Counted from the first letter of the stretch, positions 1 to 13,028 are shown. The stretch: DNA of 64,000 nt from an uncultured Thermoleophilia bacterium (GCA_963819335.1 CAWFVQ010000005.1:234178-298177); one strand, 5' to 3'. Translations and numbers: made by a program. Notes: generated from the letters alone by a model not told the origin.

Positions 1-655
1 GTGAACAGGTAGCGGCCGTCCGGCGAGTCGACACGCGCCCGAACGGAACGCCCTGGATCAACGCGCTGTCTCGTGCGGGTCCTTCAGCGGCTGCTCGGCA
101 GCGTGTTCGTCGCGAGGTCGTAGAGGCGGACGTCGTAGCCGTTCGGCATGTCCTGGATCAGGAAGAGGTTCGGTGCCGCTGAGCGCGTCGAACATGCCAG
201 TCATTGCCGGCGAGCGTCACGAGTCCTGCTCGCCCGACGCGCGACCGACGATCGCGAACGTCGTCGAGCGCTTCTGCGTCCGCGCCGAGCACCGCGACGC
301 TTCGCGTCCTGCGAGACGCCGACGAGCTGAACTTGTCCTGCTGCCACAGCGTCGCGTCGCCGGTGCGCTACCGGTCGCCGCGTCGTACCAGGTGAGGAGG
401 CGGCCGTGCTCTGGTGGACGAGCGTGTCGCCCTGACGATCCCCGCGGGCAAGCGCGCAACATCGTCTCGCCGGTGCGCAGGTCGACGACGTCGACCGGCG
501 ACTCGACGCGCAGGCGCGGACGCCGAGCGAGCTTCCCGTGCTCGAGCAGTGAACTGGCTCGGCGCGCAGTCGAGCGGCGAGCAGGCGGCGGCGTGCGCGG
601 CGCCCGGGAGGAGCACGACGACCGCGGCGAGCGAGGACGGCGCAAGACGCTTCAT
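1..655 (-). CDS. secreted beta-propeller (TolB/WD40-like) repeat protein, C-terminus outside window, frame-disrupted
   Basis: ORF 368..655 begins MKRLAPSSLAAVVVLLPGAAHA (signal peptide). Pieces in other frames (WYDAATG, LIQDMPNGYDVRLYDLATN, SPDGRYLF) resemble TolB-type blades. Confidence 0.35.
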
Positions 656-699
656 GCCTCGAGTACGCGTCGCCGGACCCGCCGAGGTCCCTCAGTCGT

Positions 700-1240
700 A
701 TGGACCTCGTGAGACGTTCCCGTCGTAGAGTCGCGTGGGTGGCGGAGCGCGCCTGGATCAAGGGTGCCCAGCAGGGGTCTGTCGCCGACCTCGAGCTGCT
801 CTTTCGCGAGCACTGGCCGCGGGCCTTTCGCGCTGCGCGCCTCGTCACCGGCGACGCCGCCGCCGCCGAGGACATCGCGCAGGAGGCGTTCCTCGCCGCC
901 GTGCGCAATCTCGACCGCTTCGATCGCCGCCGTCCCTTCGGCCCGTGGCTGCACCGGATCGTCGTCAATCGCGCGATCGACTGGACGCGCGCGCGCAAGC
1001 TGCGCGCCGAGGTCGAGCTCGGCGACCACGTCGCCGCGCCGAGCCGCTCCCGAGCCGGGACGGCGGAGCGTTCGCGCGCATCGCGCGAGCTCCCGCCCGA
1101 GCAGCGCGCGGTGATCGTCCTGCGCTACGTCCTCGAGTACACGCCGGGCGAGATCGCGCGAGCTGCTCGACCTGCCGCGCGGCACCGTCAACTCGCGGCT
1201 TCGCCGCGGCCTCGATCGGCTGAAGGAGCTGCCCGAGTGA
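700..1240 (+). CDS. RNA polymerase sigma-70 factor, ECF subfamily
   Basis: Region 2 (EDIAQEAFLAAVRNLDRFDRRRPFGPWLHRIVVNRAIDW) and region 4 (EQRAVIVLRYVLEYTPGEIA then LLDLPRGTVNSRLRRGLDRLKELPE*). One frame switch near 1160. Stop TGA 1238-1240. Confidence 0.85.
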
Positions 1241-2351
1241 CACCCGAGGATCGCGCCTGGGAGATCGTGCCGCCGCGCCTACGCGGAGCGGACGCCGCAG
1301 CCGCGGCGGCCGCGACCGACGGTTACAGCGCTCGCCGCCGTGGTCGTCGTGGGAGCGGTCGTCGCGGCTGCGCTCTCGCCACCCGGCCACGCCGTCTTCG
1401 AACGCGTCCGCGGCGCGGTCGGCGTCGAGCACGCGGCGCCCGCGCTCTTCTCGCTGCCCGGCGGCGGCCGGCTGCTCGTCGTCTCGCCGGGCGGCCGCAC
1501 GTGGCTCGTCGAGCCGGACGGGCTCAAGCGGCGGATCTCGGCGCGTACGACGACGCGGCGTGGTCGCCGCACGGCCTCTACCTCGCCGCGACGCGCGGAG
1601 AACGAGCTCGTCGCACTCGACGCCGAGGGGAACGTGCGCTGGTCGCTCGCGCGCCTCCGACGCCGCCTGCGCCGCAGCTGGGACGGGCACGCGACGTCGA
1701 CACGCGCATCGCCTACGACGCCGGCGAGCGGCCTGCGCGTCGTCGCCGGCGACGGCACCGACGACCACCTGCTCGACGCGCACGGCGGGCCGAGTCCGCA
1801 CCGGCGTGGGACCCGGCGCGCCACTTCACACGCTCGCGTACGCCGCCCGCGGCGCGATCGTGCTGCGCCACGACGACGGCGACGCTAGCTCTGGCGGCGA
1901 CGCTGCCGGTCACGCCCGACGAGCCTCGCCTGGTCGACCGACGGCCGCTGGCTTGCCGTCGTTCGCACCCACGCGCGTGCTCGTGCTCGACGCGGCCGGG
2001 CAGCGTCAGGCGGACGGTCTCGATGCTCGGCGCGCGGCATCGCGGGCGGCGCGTTCCGACCGGGCTCGCACCGGCTCGCGGTCGTCATCCGGCCCGGCCG
2101 GCCGCAGCGAGGTCACGTCGTCGACCTCGACCACCCGGGACGCGGGAAGCTCGCTGCTCGCAGGCCCGGGCGCCTTCGGCGACGTCGCCTGGTCGCCGAA
2201 CGGCGAGCTGGCTGCTCGTCGACTGGCCGGCCGCGAACCAGTGGGTGTTCCTGCACGGCTGCGCAGCGCGCACGCCGTCGGCGAACATCCGCGCGCAGTT
2301 CGGCGAGCGCCGACGCACCTCGACCGAGCAGCTGGTGCTGCGCTCAGTTAA
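1237..2351 (+). CDS. candidate anti-sigma factor: short cytoplasmic N-terminus, one TM helix, extracytoplasmic TolB-like repeats
   Basis: GTG start overlaps the sigma-factor stop (GTGA). Motifs: VTPEDRAWEIV, TM ALAAVVVVGAVVAAAL, repeats AWSPHGLYLAAT, VAWSPNGE, WLLVDWPAANQWVFL. At least 6 frame switches; end approximate. Confidence 0.45.
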
Positions 2352-2360
2352 CCTGGGGGC

Positions 2361-2825
2361 GTGCTCAAGGTCGGCGACACCGTCCCGCGGCGACGGTCTT
2401 CCTCGGACCGGGCCAGGCGCTCACGTGCAGGAGCTGCGTCGAGGACGGGCCGAAGCTGCTCGTCTTCTATCTCGTTCGACTGGTCATCGACCTGCACGAA
2501 CGAGATGGAGCTGCTCCGCGACAGCCGCGAGGCATTCGAGGAGGCGGCGTCCAGCCGGTCGGCATCTCGCGCGACTCGCCTGGACGCACATCGCGTGGAC
2601 GCAGGTGCTCGACCTGAACTTCGGGCTGCTCTCGGACTTCAACGGCGAGGCGGTGCGCGCCTTCGGCGTCGGCTTCGAATACCGCGGCTTCCACGACGTC
2701 GCGCGCCGCTCGGCGTTCCTCGTCGACGAGCAGGCGTCGTGCAGGCGGCCTGGGAGTACGACACGGGCGAGGTGCCCGATGTCGACGCGTGGCTCGACGC
2801 TGCTCGCTCCCTACAGCCTGCGTAG
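2361..2825 (+). CDS. peroxiredoxin (AhpC/TSA, Bcp-like redoxin)
   Basis: Motifs VLKVGDTVP, LLVFYLFDWSSTCTNEMELLRDSREAFEEAG (peroxidatic Cys context), WTHIAWTQVLDLNFGLLSDFNGEAVRAFGV, SAFLVDE. About 3 frame switches. Confidence 0.7.
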   Translation: MLKVGDTVPRRRSSSDRARRSRAGAASRTGRSCSSSISFDWSSTCTNEMELLRDSREAFEEAASSRSASRATRLDAHRVDAGARPELRAALGLQRRGGARLRRRLRIPRLPRRRAPLGVPRRRAGVVQAAWEYDTGEVPDVDAWLDAARSLQPA

Positions 2826-2838
2826 GGCGAAACTCAGC

Positions 2839-2910
2839 AACCTGGTTCCGCCGACGGCGCCATGGAGGCGAACTCAGGAACCTGGCTTCGCCGTCGGCGG
2901 CAACCAGGTT
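2839..2910. terminator. long inverted repeat between convergent genes (bidirectional terminator candidate)
   Basis: aacctggttccgccgacggcg (2839-2859) pairs with cgccgtcggcggcaaccaggtt (2889-2910). It lies between the peroxiredoxin stop and the fabI stop. No U-tract. Confidence 0.5.
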
Positions 2911-2919
2911 GCGCCGGGC

Positions 2920-3690
2920 TCACATGCCCATCGCGTGGTAGCCGGAGTCGACGTACAGCGTCGTGCCGGTGACGTTCCGGGCGCCGTCGCCGAGCAGGTA
3001 CGCGGCCGCTGCGCCGACATCGTCCGCGTCGACGTGGCGATGGAGCGGCGCAGCGCTCCTCGACGATCGACTCCATCGTCGGGAACCCGGCGATCGAGCG
3101 CGCGGCGAGCGTCCGCACCGGGCCGGCCGAGATCGCGTTCACGCGGATGTTCTTCTGCCCGAGATCCCACGCGAGGTACTTGACGGAGGAGTCGAGCGTC
3201 GCCTTGGCCACGCCCATCACGTTGTAGTGCGGCACGGCGCGCTCGCCGCCGAGGTAGGTCATCGTCACGATCGACCCGCCGCCCGCCGCCTCCATCAGCG
3301 GCTCCGCAGCGCGCGCGACGCGACGAGCGAATAGGCGCTGACGTCGATCGCCATCCAGAAGCGATCGCGCGGCGTATCGGTGAAGCGGCCTTCGAGATCC
3401 TCCGCCGCCGCGAACGCGACCGAGTGCACCAGGATGTCGAGCTTGCCGCCGAACACCTCGCCCACCTCCGCGAACACGCGGTCGATCGCCGCGTCGTCGC
3501 GCACGTCGAGCTCCGTGACGAGCGGGCTCGAAACGGACTCGGCGAGCTCGCGCACGTTCTTCTCGATCCGCTCGCCCTGGAAGGTGAACGCGAGCTGCGC
3601 GCCGCCGTCGGCGAGCCGCTGTGCGATCGCCCACGCGATCGAGCGCTTGTTCGCCACGCCCAGCACCAGTGCACGCTTGCCTTCGAACAT
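2920..3690 (-). CDS. fabI: enoyl-[acyl-carrier-protein] reductase (NADH), FabI
   Basis: MFEGKRALVLGVANKRSIAWAIAQRLADGG; SIVTMTYLGGERAVPHYNVMGVAKATLDSSVKYLAWDLGQKNIRVNAISAGPVRTLAARSI; C-terminus ...YVDSGYHAMGM*. 2 frame switches. Confidence 0.9.
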
Positions 3691-3723
3691 TGCGGGCGAT
3701 CTAATCCGCGGGTTCGGCATACT

Positions 3724-6700
3724 GTGCGAGCCTTGCGCCGCCCTCTGTCGCTGAGCGCGGCTGATCGCGCTGGTCGTGGCACCTCGGCGTCTGCGGGGCT
3801 GCACCGCCGTTGCGCCACGACTACCGCGGGACGCTCCGGCTGCCGCGGTGCGCGCCGGGACGATCGCGATCCCGGCCGGCGCGGCCGCGGCACGAGCGCG
3901 TGATCGTGCGGCTCGCCCCGCCGCCGCTCGCGGTCTGGAACGCCGGCGGACGCTCGCGTCCGCCGCTGCACGCAGCACCGGCTGAACGTCCACACCGCGA
4001 GCTCGCAGGCCTACCTCGCCGAGCTCGCGCGGGCGCAGGCACGCGGTCGACGCCGCAGCTCCGCGCAGCGATCCCGCCGGCGCAGGTCGAGGAGCGCTTC
4101 TCGATCCTGCTCGACGGATTCACCGTCAGCCTCCCCGCGAAGCGCGCTCGCCGCAGCTCGTACACGGTGCAGCGGCGTCGACGAAGGTCTACCCGAGCCT
4201 CGCGTACATCGCGACGATCGGACCGCGGCCCGTCGGTGATCCACGCGACCGACCTCGCAGCGCGACCGGCGACAAGGGCCAGGGCGTGAAGATCGGCGTC
4301 GTCGACACGGGCGTCGACGCGTCGAGCCCGTACCTGAACCCGGCGGGCTTCCGCTACCCGGCCGGGTTCCCGAAGGGCGACAAGAAGCTGACGACGCCCA
4401 AGGTGATCGTCGCCAAGGTCTTCCCCGGCCCCGTCCGCGACAAGAAGAGCAACCAGGCGTTCGACGCCACGCGAGCCGCACGGCACGCACGTCTCCGGCA
4501 TCGCGGCCGGCGACGAGAACACGACCGCTCCGGCCGGTCCCGACCACCCGCGGTCACGGGGCTCTCGGGCGTGGCGCCGAAGGCGTGGATCGGCAACTAC
4601 CGCGTCTTCACGGTGCCGACGCCGCTCGGCCACGAGGCCGACACGCCCGAGATCGTCGAGGCGTTCGAGGCGCCGTCGACCGACGGCATGAACGTCATCA
4701 ACTTCTCGGGCGGCGGCCCGCAGACCGACCCGGCGAACGACGCGATGTATCGAGACGATCCACAACATCGTCGCTCGCCGGCGTCTTGCCGGTGATCGCG
4801 GCCGGCAACGACCGCGAGGACTACGGGCTCGGCACGATCGGCTCGCCCGCGCTCGCGCCGGACGCGATCACGGTCGCGGCTACCTCGAACGGCGAGGTCT
4901 ACGCCCCGGCCTCAGCGTCGATCGGCGGCCCGCCGTCCTCAGTGCGATCCCGATCCAGACGCGGCCGGCGCCAAGCTCCCCGGCGCGTGGTCGACGCTCG
5001 ACCAGACGCTCGTCGACGTCGCGCACGATCATGGGCACCGACGGCAAGCCGGTCGACGCTACCTCTGCGGCGGTCGACGATCCCGAACGGCGGCACGGGC
5101 ACGCTCCCGAAGGGCTCGCTGACCGGGCAAGATCGTGCTCGTCTCCCGCGGCATCTGCACGTTCGCGTCGAAGGCCGACCGCGCCGACATCGGCCGGCGC
5201 GGCCGGGATCATCCTCGTCGACAACCGCTTCGGCGAGGCGAACGCGATCCCGGTCCAGCTCGCCGATCCCGGCGGGCATGGTCGCCGACCTCGACGGTGC
5301 GCAACCTCCGCGCCTACCTGGAGGCGAACGGCGGCCAGGCGAAGATCCGCGTCGTCGAGCGGCATCCAGGAGATCCAGACCGGACCGAGCGGCGTCATCG
5401 CGAGCTTCTCGTCCGCCGGCCCGACCGACTTCGGCTGCGACGCTGAAGCCGGACATCGCCGCACCGGGCCTCGACGTCCTCTCGTCGACGCCGCCGCTGA
5501 CGACCGGCTCGACCTTCTCGGTCTTCGCCGGCACGTCGATGGCGACGCCGCACGTCGCCGGGCGCCGCGGCACTGCTCCTCGCAGCAGCATCCGAGGTGG
5601 GCGCCGTGGCAGGTCAAGTCGGCGCTGATGTCGACCGCCGGGCCCGCCTGGCAGAACACCGCGCGCACACAGGAGGCGACCGTGCTGCTCGAGGGCGCCG
5701 GCCTCGCGAACGTCGCTCGCCGCGAACGACCCGAAGATCTTCACCGACCCGCAGTCGCTGTCGTTCGAGAAGGTCGACGTCGGCGACGGCGACAGCGGAA
5801 GGCGATGCTGCTGTCGGTGTCCGACGCCGGCGGCGGCGCCGGCACTGGAACGTCTCGGTCGAGCCGCAGGAGCAGACGACTCGGCGTCGCAGATCGACGT
5901 GCCGGCGACCGTCGACGTCGTGCCCGGCGGCGGCTTCGACCATCCCGGTCGTCGTGACGCGCGCCGCGAACGCGGGCACCGGCGAGAACGACGGCTTCCT
6001 CGTGCTCTCGGGGAACGGCGTCGAGCGCCGCGTGCCGTACGCGTTCCTCGTCGAGCGCCCCGCGCTCGCGAACGCGTTGGCGACGCCGCTCAGAAGCTCC
6101 AGGTCGGCGACACCGCCGTCGGCGCGAACCGCGTCACGACCTACTGCTGCCCGTCCGGCGCCGTTCGGCCCGCCGCCGGACTACCGCGGCGCGCCGATGA
6201 ACGAGGACGGCGCCGAGCATCTCTACTAGCATCGACATCAACGAGCCGGTCGTGAACTTCGGCGTCTCGGTGCTCGACGAGACCCCGGGCGCGCGTCGTC
6301 GACCCGTTCGTGCTCGGCTCGAAGGACGAGAACGACGTCCAGGGCTACGCGGGCATCCCGACCGACGTGAACTCGCTGATGTACGACGCGAACATCGACG
6401 ATCGGCGCCGCCGGCGCCGCAGTTCCCGCGCGTGCAGCGCTTCTACGTCTCGGTCGACTCGCGCACCGACGAGTTCACGACCGGTCGCAGAAGGGCCAGT
6501 ACCTCCTCAACGCGTGGGTCAACGACCTGACGCCGCCGGCGATCCAGCTCCTCACGACGCGCGTCACGGCCGGCCGGCCGCTGATCGCCGCGCCGGCGAC
6601 CGACCTCAGTCGGGCGTCGATCCGCTCTCGCTCGTCATCGGCTACAACAAGGCGCTGGTCGGCGCCTCGGCCTACGACCCGGTCAGCGGCCTCGTGCTGT

Positions 6701-7151
6701 TCGGCATCCCGACAGCGGCGCCGGCGTTCAAGGCCGGCAAGACGCACGCTGGTCATGGAGGCCTCCGACTACCAGGAGACCAAGAACATCGACACGGTCG
6801 GCGACGAGGATCCTCCCGAACACCGCGTTCCTGAGCGAAGAAGATCACCGTCGTCGACGGGCCGACCGTGTCGTGGCTCGACCCGCCCGCCGGCGAGTGC
6901 GCTCGCGAAGAACGACGCAGCTCGCCGTCGTCGCGCGCCTCGACGACAGGAGGTGAAGCAGGTCACGTTCGCCGCCAACGGCGAAGACGGGTCGGCGTCG
7001 ACAAGGCCGGCCCGGGCGGCATCTACACGCACGCCTTGAAGACGACGGGGCTGAAGAAGGGCAAGCACACTGCTGACGGCCGACCGTCGCTCGACGCAGC
7101 GGGCCGCACGTCCACCGCCGGCCGCGGCGTCGCAGTCCTGTCTGCGGGTAG
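3724..7151 (+). CDS. secreted subtilisin-like serine protease (S8) with I9 propeptide, PA-domain insert and long beta-rich C-terminal region
   Basis: Signal-like VRALRRPLSLSAA; FSILLDGFTVSLPAKRA; catalytic Asp KIGVVDTGVD; His HGTHVSGIAAG; PA insert GKIVLVSRGICTFASKA..AAGIILVDN; Ser FSVFAGTSMATPHVAG. At least 10 frame switches; both ends approximate. Confidence 0.8.
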
Positions 7152-7868
7152 CGGTCGTCACCGGCGCTCCTCGGGCATCGGTGCCGAGCTCGGTCGCGAG
7201 CTCAGGCAGCGCGGCGTCACACGTCGTCGGCCTGTCGCGTTCGCCGTCGGAGGCCGACGAGCACGAGGAGTGCGACGTCTCCGACCGCGAGGCGGTCGAC
7301 GCGGCCGCGGCGCGCGTCCTCGCCCGCCACCCGCGCATCGACCTGCTCGTCTACAACGCCGGCGTCGCCGGCGCGCGCGCAGCTACCTCGACCGCGACCC
7401 GGAGCGCGATCGAGCAGGTGATCCGCGTCAACTACCTCGGCACGGTGTGGACGACGCTCGCGTTCCTGCCCGGCCTCGGCAGCGGGCTCGCACCTCGTGA
7501 ACGTCGTCTCGGTCGCCGGCACTGATCGCCGACGGCCCGTACTCGGCGTCGAAGCACGCGCAGCTCGCGTTCTCGCGCTCGCTCGCGGTCGAGCTCGCGC
7601 CGCGCGGCATCAACGTGCACACGGTCAACCCCGGCTTCGTCGAGACGCCCGGCTTCCCGCAGCGCGCAGCGCGTGCCGCGGCTGGTTCTACCGCTTCGTC
7701 GTCGACCCGCCGTTGGTCGCCGAGCGGATCCTCGACGCCGTCGACCAGCGACCGGCGCGAGATCATCGTCCCGCGCTGGTACCGCCCGGCGGCGTGGTCC
7801 AGGCGCTCGTGCGCCGGGGCTCGTTCGCTAGCGCGAGAGCACGTACCAGCCGACAACGCGCCTCGTAG
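7146..7868 (+). CDS. short-chain dehydrogenase/reductase (SDR)
   Basis: [69 protein letters not shown] (YxxxK). About 4 frame switches; start codon not identified. Confidence 0.7.
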
Positions 7869-8512
7869 CCCGTCGGCGCCAGGCTGCGGGCACGCGTCGC
7901 GCGTCGGCGCCCTCGCAGCCGGCGAGGTCGAGATACGCCTCGAGATCGCGCGGCTCGCGACGACCGTCTCGAGCGCGAGCACGAGGCTGTTCGCGTCGAA
8001 GAGCGCGCGCAGGTCGGCGTCCGAGAGGACGCGGGTCGTCGACGGATCGCGAGCGCGCTCGAACCGGTTCAGCTCGAGCGCGGCGAGCGGATCGACCGGC
8101 GCGAGCTGGTCGGCGACGAGGATCGTCCCGCTCGGCCGCGTCACGCGGACGAGCTCGGCGACCACCCGCTCGGGCCGCGGCGTGTGATGCAGCGTGCGCA
8201 CGCGTCGCCGCGAGCGTCGAACGAGAACGGCTCGAACGGCGAGGCTGCTCGCCGTCGCCCACGAGGAACTGCACGTTCGCCGGCGCGTCAGCTCGCGCGC
8301 GCGAGGCGACCGCGTCCTCGTCGCTCTCGACGCCGACGACCTCCCGGACGCGCGGCGCGAGCGCGAACGCGAGCGCGCCGGTGCCGGTGCCGACGTCGAG
8401 CAGCGCGCTCGTCGCCGTCGAGCCGGGCAGCAGGTCGAGCAGGAACTGCGGCGAGAGCGCCTGCGCGCTCGCGCAGCCTGCAAGCTCGGCGCGCCGGTCG
8501 AGGCTCGCTCAT
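7828..8512 (-). CDS. class I SAM-dependent methyltransferase
   Basis: MSEPRP...; SAM motif LLDVGTGTGALAFALAPRVREVVGVE; RVVAELVRVTRPSGTILVADQLAPVDPLAALELNRFERARDPSTTRVLSD. ATGA overlap with the alr stop. About 3 frame switches. Confidence 0.7.
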
Positions 8513-9542
8513 GACGCGTCCATCACGACGCGGCGTCGCGCGCGTCGGGGACGAGTTGAAGCCGCACGCGAGCTCGTAGGTGATCGTGTCGGCGAGCGCG
8601 CGCATGCTCCTCGAGCCGGAAGCCGTCGCCGACGAGCGTCACCGGCGTCCCCGGCGTGCAGCTCGCGATCGAGCTCGACCGCCGATCGCGTCCATCGAGA
8701 CCGCTCCGATGACCCGCCGCCGCTCGCCGTCGACGAGCACCTCGGTGCCCGTGAGATCGCGGCGGAAGCCGTCCGCGTACCCGACCGGGACGATCCCGAT
8801 CCACGTGTCCTGCGCTCGGCGACGAAGCGGCGGCCGTAGCCGGTCGACTCGCCTGCGTGGAGCAGCTTCGTGAGCGCGAGCTCGCTCGTCCACGAGAGCA
8901 CCGGCTCGAGGCCGTCCTCCGCCGGGTCGGTGCCGAACGGGCGAGATCCCGTAGAGCGCGATGCCGCAGCGCGCGGCGTCGAAGCGCGACTCGGGGATGC
9001 GCAGCGCCGCCGCGCTGTTCGCCACGTGCCGCGGCAGGTGCGGGTACGGCTCGGTCGCCGTCGCGGAAGCGCTCGATCTGCGCGCGCGCGAACTCGAGCG
9101 TCGGAGTCGGCCGTCGCGAGGTGCGTCATCAGCCCGACGACCTCGCGCACCGGCGACGGCGAGCTCGGCAGACCCCCACCGCCCCATGCCGGTGTCGAGC
9201 TTGACGTGCACGGCCACGCCCTCGGGGATCGTCGTCGCTCGCGACGACGAGCTCGAGCTCGCGCCTCGCGCGCCTGCGGCGACCTCGCGATTCGCCGGCG
9301 GGCCCGAGCACGAGGATCAGCGCGCGTCGGGCAGCTCGCGCGCAGCTCGAGCGCCTCGGCCGACCGTCGCGACGCACAGCGCCGTCGCACCCGCGCGAGC
9401 GCTGCGGCGCGCGCAGTCGACAGCGCCGTGGCCGTAGCCGTTCGCCTTCACGACGGCCCACAGCTCGGCTACCGTCGAGCGCGCGGACGAGCGTCGCGAC
9501 GTTGCGCCGCAGCGCGCCGAGGTCGATCGATGATCTCGGAGC

Positions 9543-9546
<4 letters not shown>
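8509..9546 (-). CDS. alr: alanine racemase
   Basis: AVVKANGYGHGAV (PLP Lys), HVKLDTGMGRWG, HLATAD, VANSAAALRIPESRFDAARCGIALYGISP, WIGIVPVGYADGFRR, VSMDAI, TITYELACG. GTGA overlap with the nnr stop. About 5 frame switches. Confidence 0.85.
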
Positions 9547-10954
<1,408 letters not shown>

Positions 10955-10958
<4 letters not shown>

Positions 10959-11315
10959 CGAGCGCGACGGCGACAGCAGCGGCGAGCTCGACGCGAGTGC
11001 GTCATCGACAGCTCGATCTGTGCCGGCGCCGACCTTCTCCGCCCACGCCGCCGTGCGGCCGCTGAGGTGGACGCCCGGCTTCGGCCGGCCGCGGATCTCG
11101 ATCTCCTTCCAGGTGAAGTACACGCCCGAGCCGAGCGCCTTGCCGACCGCCTCCTTCGCGGCGAACCGGCCCGCGTAGTGCTGCGGCGGGTTCGGCTTCG
11201 AGTCGCAGTACGCGCGCTCGGCCTCGGTGAAGCAGCGCTCCTTGAAGGAGTCGCCGTGCCGCTCGAGCGCGCGGCGGATCCGCTCGATCTCGATCAGGTC
11301 GACCCCGACTTTCAT
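10955..11315 (-). CDS. acpS: holo-[acyl-carrier-protein] synthase
   Basis: MKVGVDLIEIERIRRALERHGDSFKERCFTEAERAYCDSKPNPPQHYAGRFAAKEAVGKALGSGVYFTWKEIEI. One frame switch near the 3' end. TGA overlaps the nnr ATG. Confidence 0.85.
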
Positions 11316-12093
11316 AGAGTTTGCCTCGAGCCAGTCCGGGAGCTGCGCGATCGACGAGACGATCCCGTCCGGCTGGATCGCCGAGCGCTCGACCTCGTCG
11401 GGCCGGAACTTGCCGGTGCGCACGAGCACCGTGCGCATGCCGTGCTTGTGCGCGCCGATGAAGTCGCCCTCGAGGTCGTCGCCGACCATCCAGGTCAGCT
11501 CCGGCTCGGCGTCGAGCGCCGCGAGCGCCGCATCGAAGTACGCGCTCGCTCGGCTTGCCGAGCACGGTCGCCTCGGTGTCGGCGGCGTACTCGAGCCCGG
11601 CGACGAACGCGCCGGCGTCGAGCCGCGGACCGTCGGCGGTCTGCCACCAGCGGTTCTTGTGCAGGCAGTAGAGCTCGGCGCCGGCCTCGAGCTCGTGGAA
11701 CGCGCGGTTCAGGTTCAGGTACGAGAAGACGCGGCCGGTCTCCTCGCCCTCGTCGGCGCCGCCGATCAGCACCGCGTCGACGTTCATGCCGACGAGCTGC
11801 AGGCCCTCGAGGTCGTCGAGCAGGCCCGGCATGGTCAGCGCGAGCACGCGCTTGCCCGGCGAGCATGCGCGCGGCGACGTCGCCGGTCGTCTGCAGCTCG
11901 TCGTCGTCGAGCTCGATTCCCATCGTCTCGAGCTGTTCGGTGAGCTGCGACGCGCGAGCGGGTCGTCGAGTTCGTGACGAAGCGCAGCCGGTGCCCAGCC
12001 TCGCGCAGCCGGCGCACCGCGGACGGCCGCTCCTGCGATGGGCGCGCCGGAAACGTGCAGGACGCCGTCCACGTCCAGGAGAATCGCGGCCAT
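11312..12093 (-). CDS. HAD-superfamily subfamily IIA hydrolase (NagD-like)
   Basis: MAAILLDVDGVLHVSG, RLRFVTNSTTRSR, TVLGKPS, WMVGDDLEGDFIGAHKHGMRTVLVRTGKFRPDE. About 3 frame switches. The 3' end is unclear because it reads in frame into acpS as sequenced. Confidence 0.7.
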
Positions 12094-12469
12094 GGACGTC
12101 GAGTCTATTCGGTCGGAGATCGCCTTCCGCTTCTCGCGCTCGAGCGGGCCCGGCGGCCAGCACGCGCAGAAGAGCTCGACGCGCGCCGAGGCGCTGTTCG
12201 ACGTCGCGGAGTCGACCGGGCCTCAGCGAGGCCGAGCGAAGCGCGCGTGCTCGAGCAAGCTCGGCCCGGTCGTGCGCTGCGATCGCCCAGGACGAGCGCT
12301 CGCAGCTCCGCAACCGCGAGCTCGCGACCGAGCGGATCGTCGAGCAGCTGCGCGAGGCGGTGCAGTGTGCGGCGCAAGCGCCAGCCGACGAAGCCGACGA
12401 CGGCCGTCGCGGGAGCGGCGCCTCGACGACAAGCGGCGCCGCTGGCGAGACGAAGCGCCTGCGACGTAG
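12092..12469 (+). CDS. arfB: ArfB-type peptidyl-tRNA hydrolase (class-I release-factor domain with GGQ)
   Basis: IAFRFSRSSGPGGQHAQKSSTR, AQDERSQLRNRELA, basic tail RKRQPTKPT..RERRLDDKRRR. 2-3 frame switches. Confidence 0.65.
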   Translation: MDVESIRSEIAFRFSRSSGPGGQHAQKSSTRAEALFDVAESTGPQRGRAKRACSSKLGPVVRCDRPGRALAAPQPRARDRADRRAAARGGAVCGASASRRSRRRPSRERRLDDKRRRWRDEAPAT

Positions 12470-12488
12470 CCTAGGACGACTGACTAGC

Positions 12489-13028
12489 GTGGACGAGATC
12501 ATGGGCGAGGCACGCGCCGCGGTCGCGGCGGGCGGCGACCCGGACTGGAAGGCGCTGCGCGACCGCATCCGCGGCGCTCGAGCTCGGACGAGCACTGCGC
12601 AGCGCGACGCGCTGAAGCAGCTCGAGCGCATCGGGGCCGTGCACCGCGCGCGCGCGAGCGTCAAGCCGACGCCGGCGACCGCGCCGCGCGAGCCGCTCCG
12701 CCGCGCAGAGCGGCGCTGCGCACACGCCCGTACGCTGACCGGCGAACATCGACGTCCGCCGCGAGCGGCGCGGCGACTCGTTCGAGCTCGCCTGGCGCCG
12801 CCGAGCAGGGCGTCGAACGTCTGGGAGGTGCGCATCAGCGAGCGCCCCGACCCGCGAGAGCGACTACGTCGTCCGGTCGATGCGCACGAGCTGCCGGGCG
12901 CGACGACGCGCTTCGCGCTGCCGCTCGAGCGACACTCCGCTGCGCGTCCACCTGCTCGGCCGCGATCGCGGCGGCCGGCTCGTGCGCCGCACGATCATCT
13001 CGGGCCTCACCCGTGTGCACTGGGATGA
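12489..13028 (+). CDS. hypothetical protein
   Basis: Open frame from GTG (VDEIMGEARAAVAAGGDPDWKALRDRIRG...VWEVRISERPDP...). No family recognised. Probably frame-shifted; 3' end overlaps the convergent permease gene. Confidence 0.3.
   Translation: MDEIMGEARAAVAAGGDPDWKALRDRIRGARARTSTAQRDALKQLERIGAVHRARASVKPTPATAPREPLRRAERRCAHARTLTGEHRRPPRAARRLVRARLAPPSRASNVWEVRISERPDPRERLRRPVDAHELPGATTRFALPLERHSAARPPARPRSRRPARAPHDHLGPHPCALG

Noticed and set aside
201-998. Antisense and overlapping ORFs opposite the ECF sigma factor and elsewhere (for example 8870..9979, 17326..18564, 26407..27441)
   Set aside because: Low-complexity R/A/G/P composition, no motifs, and each lies opposite a clearly recognisable gene. 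These are typical GC-rich shadow ORFs.
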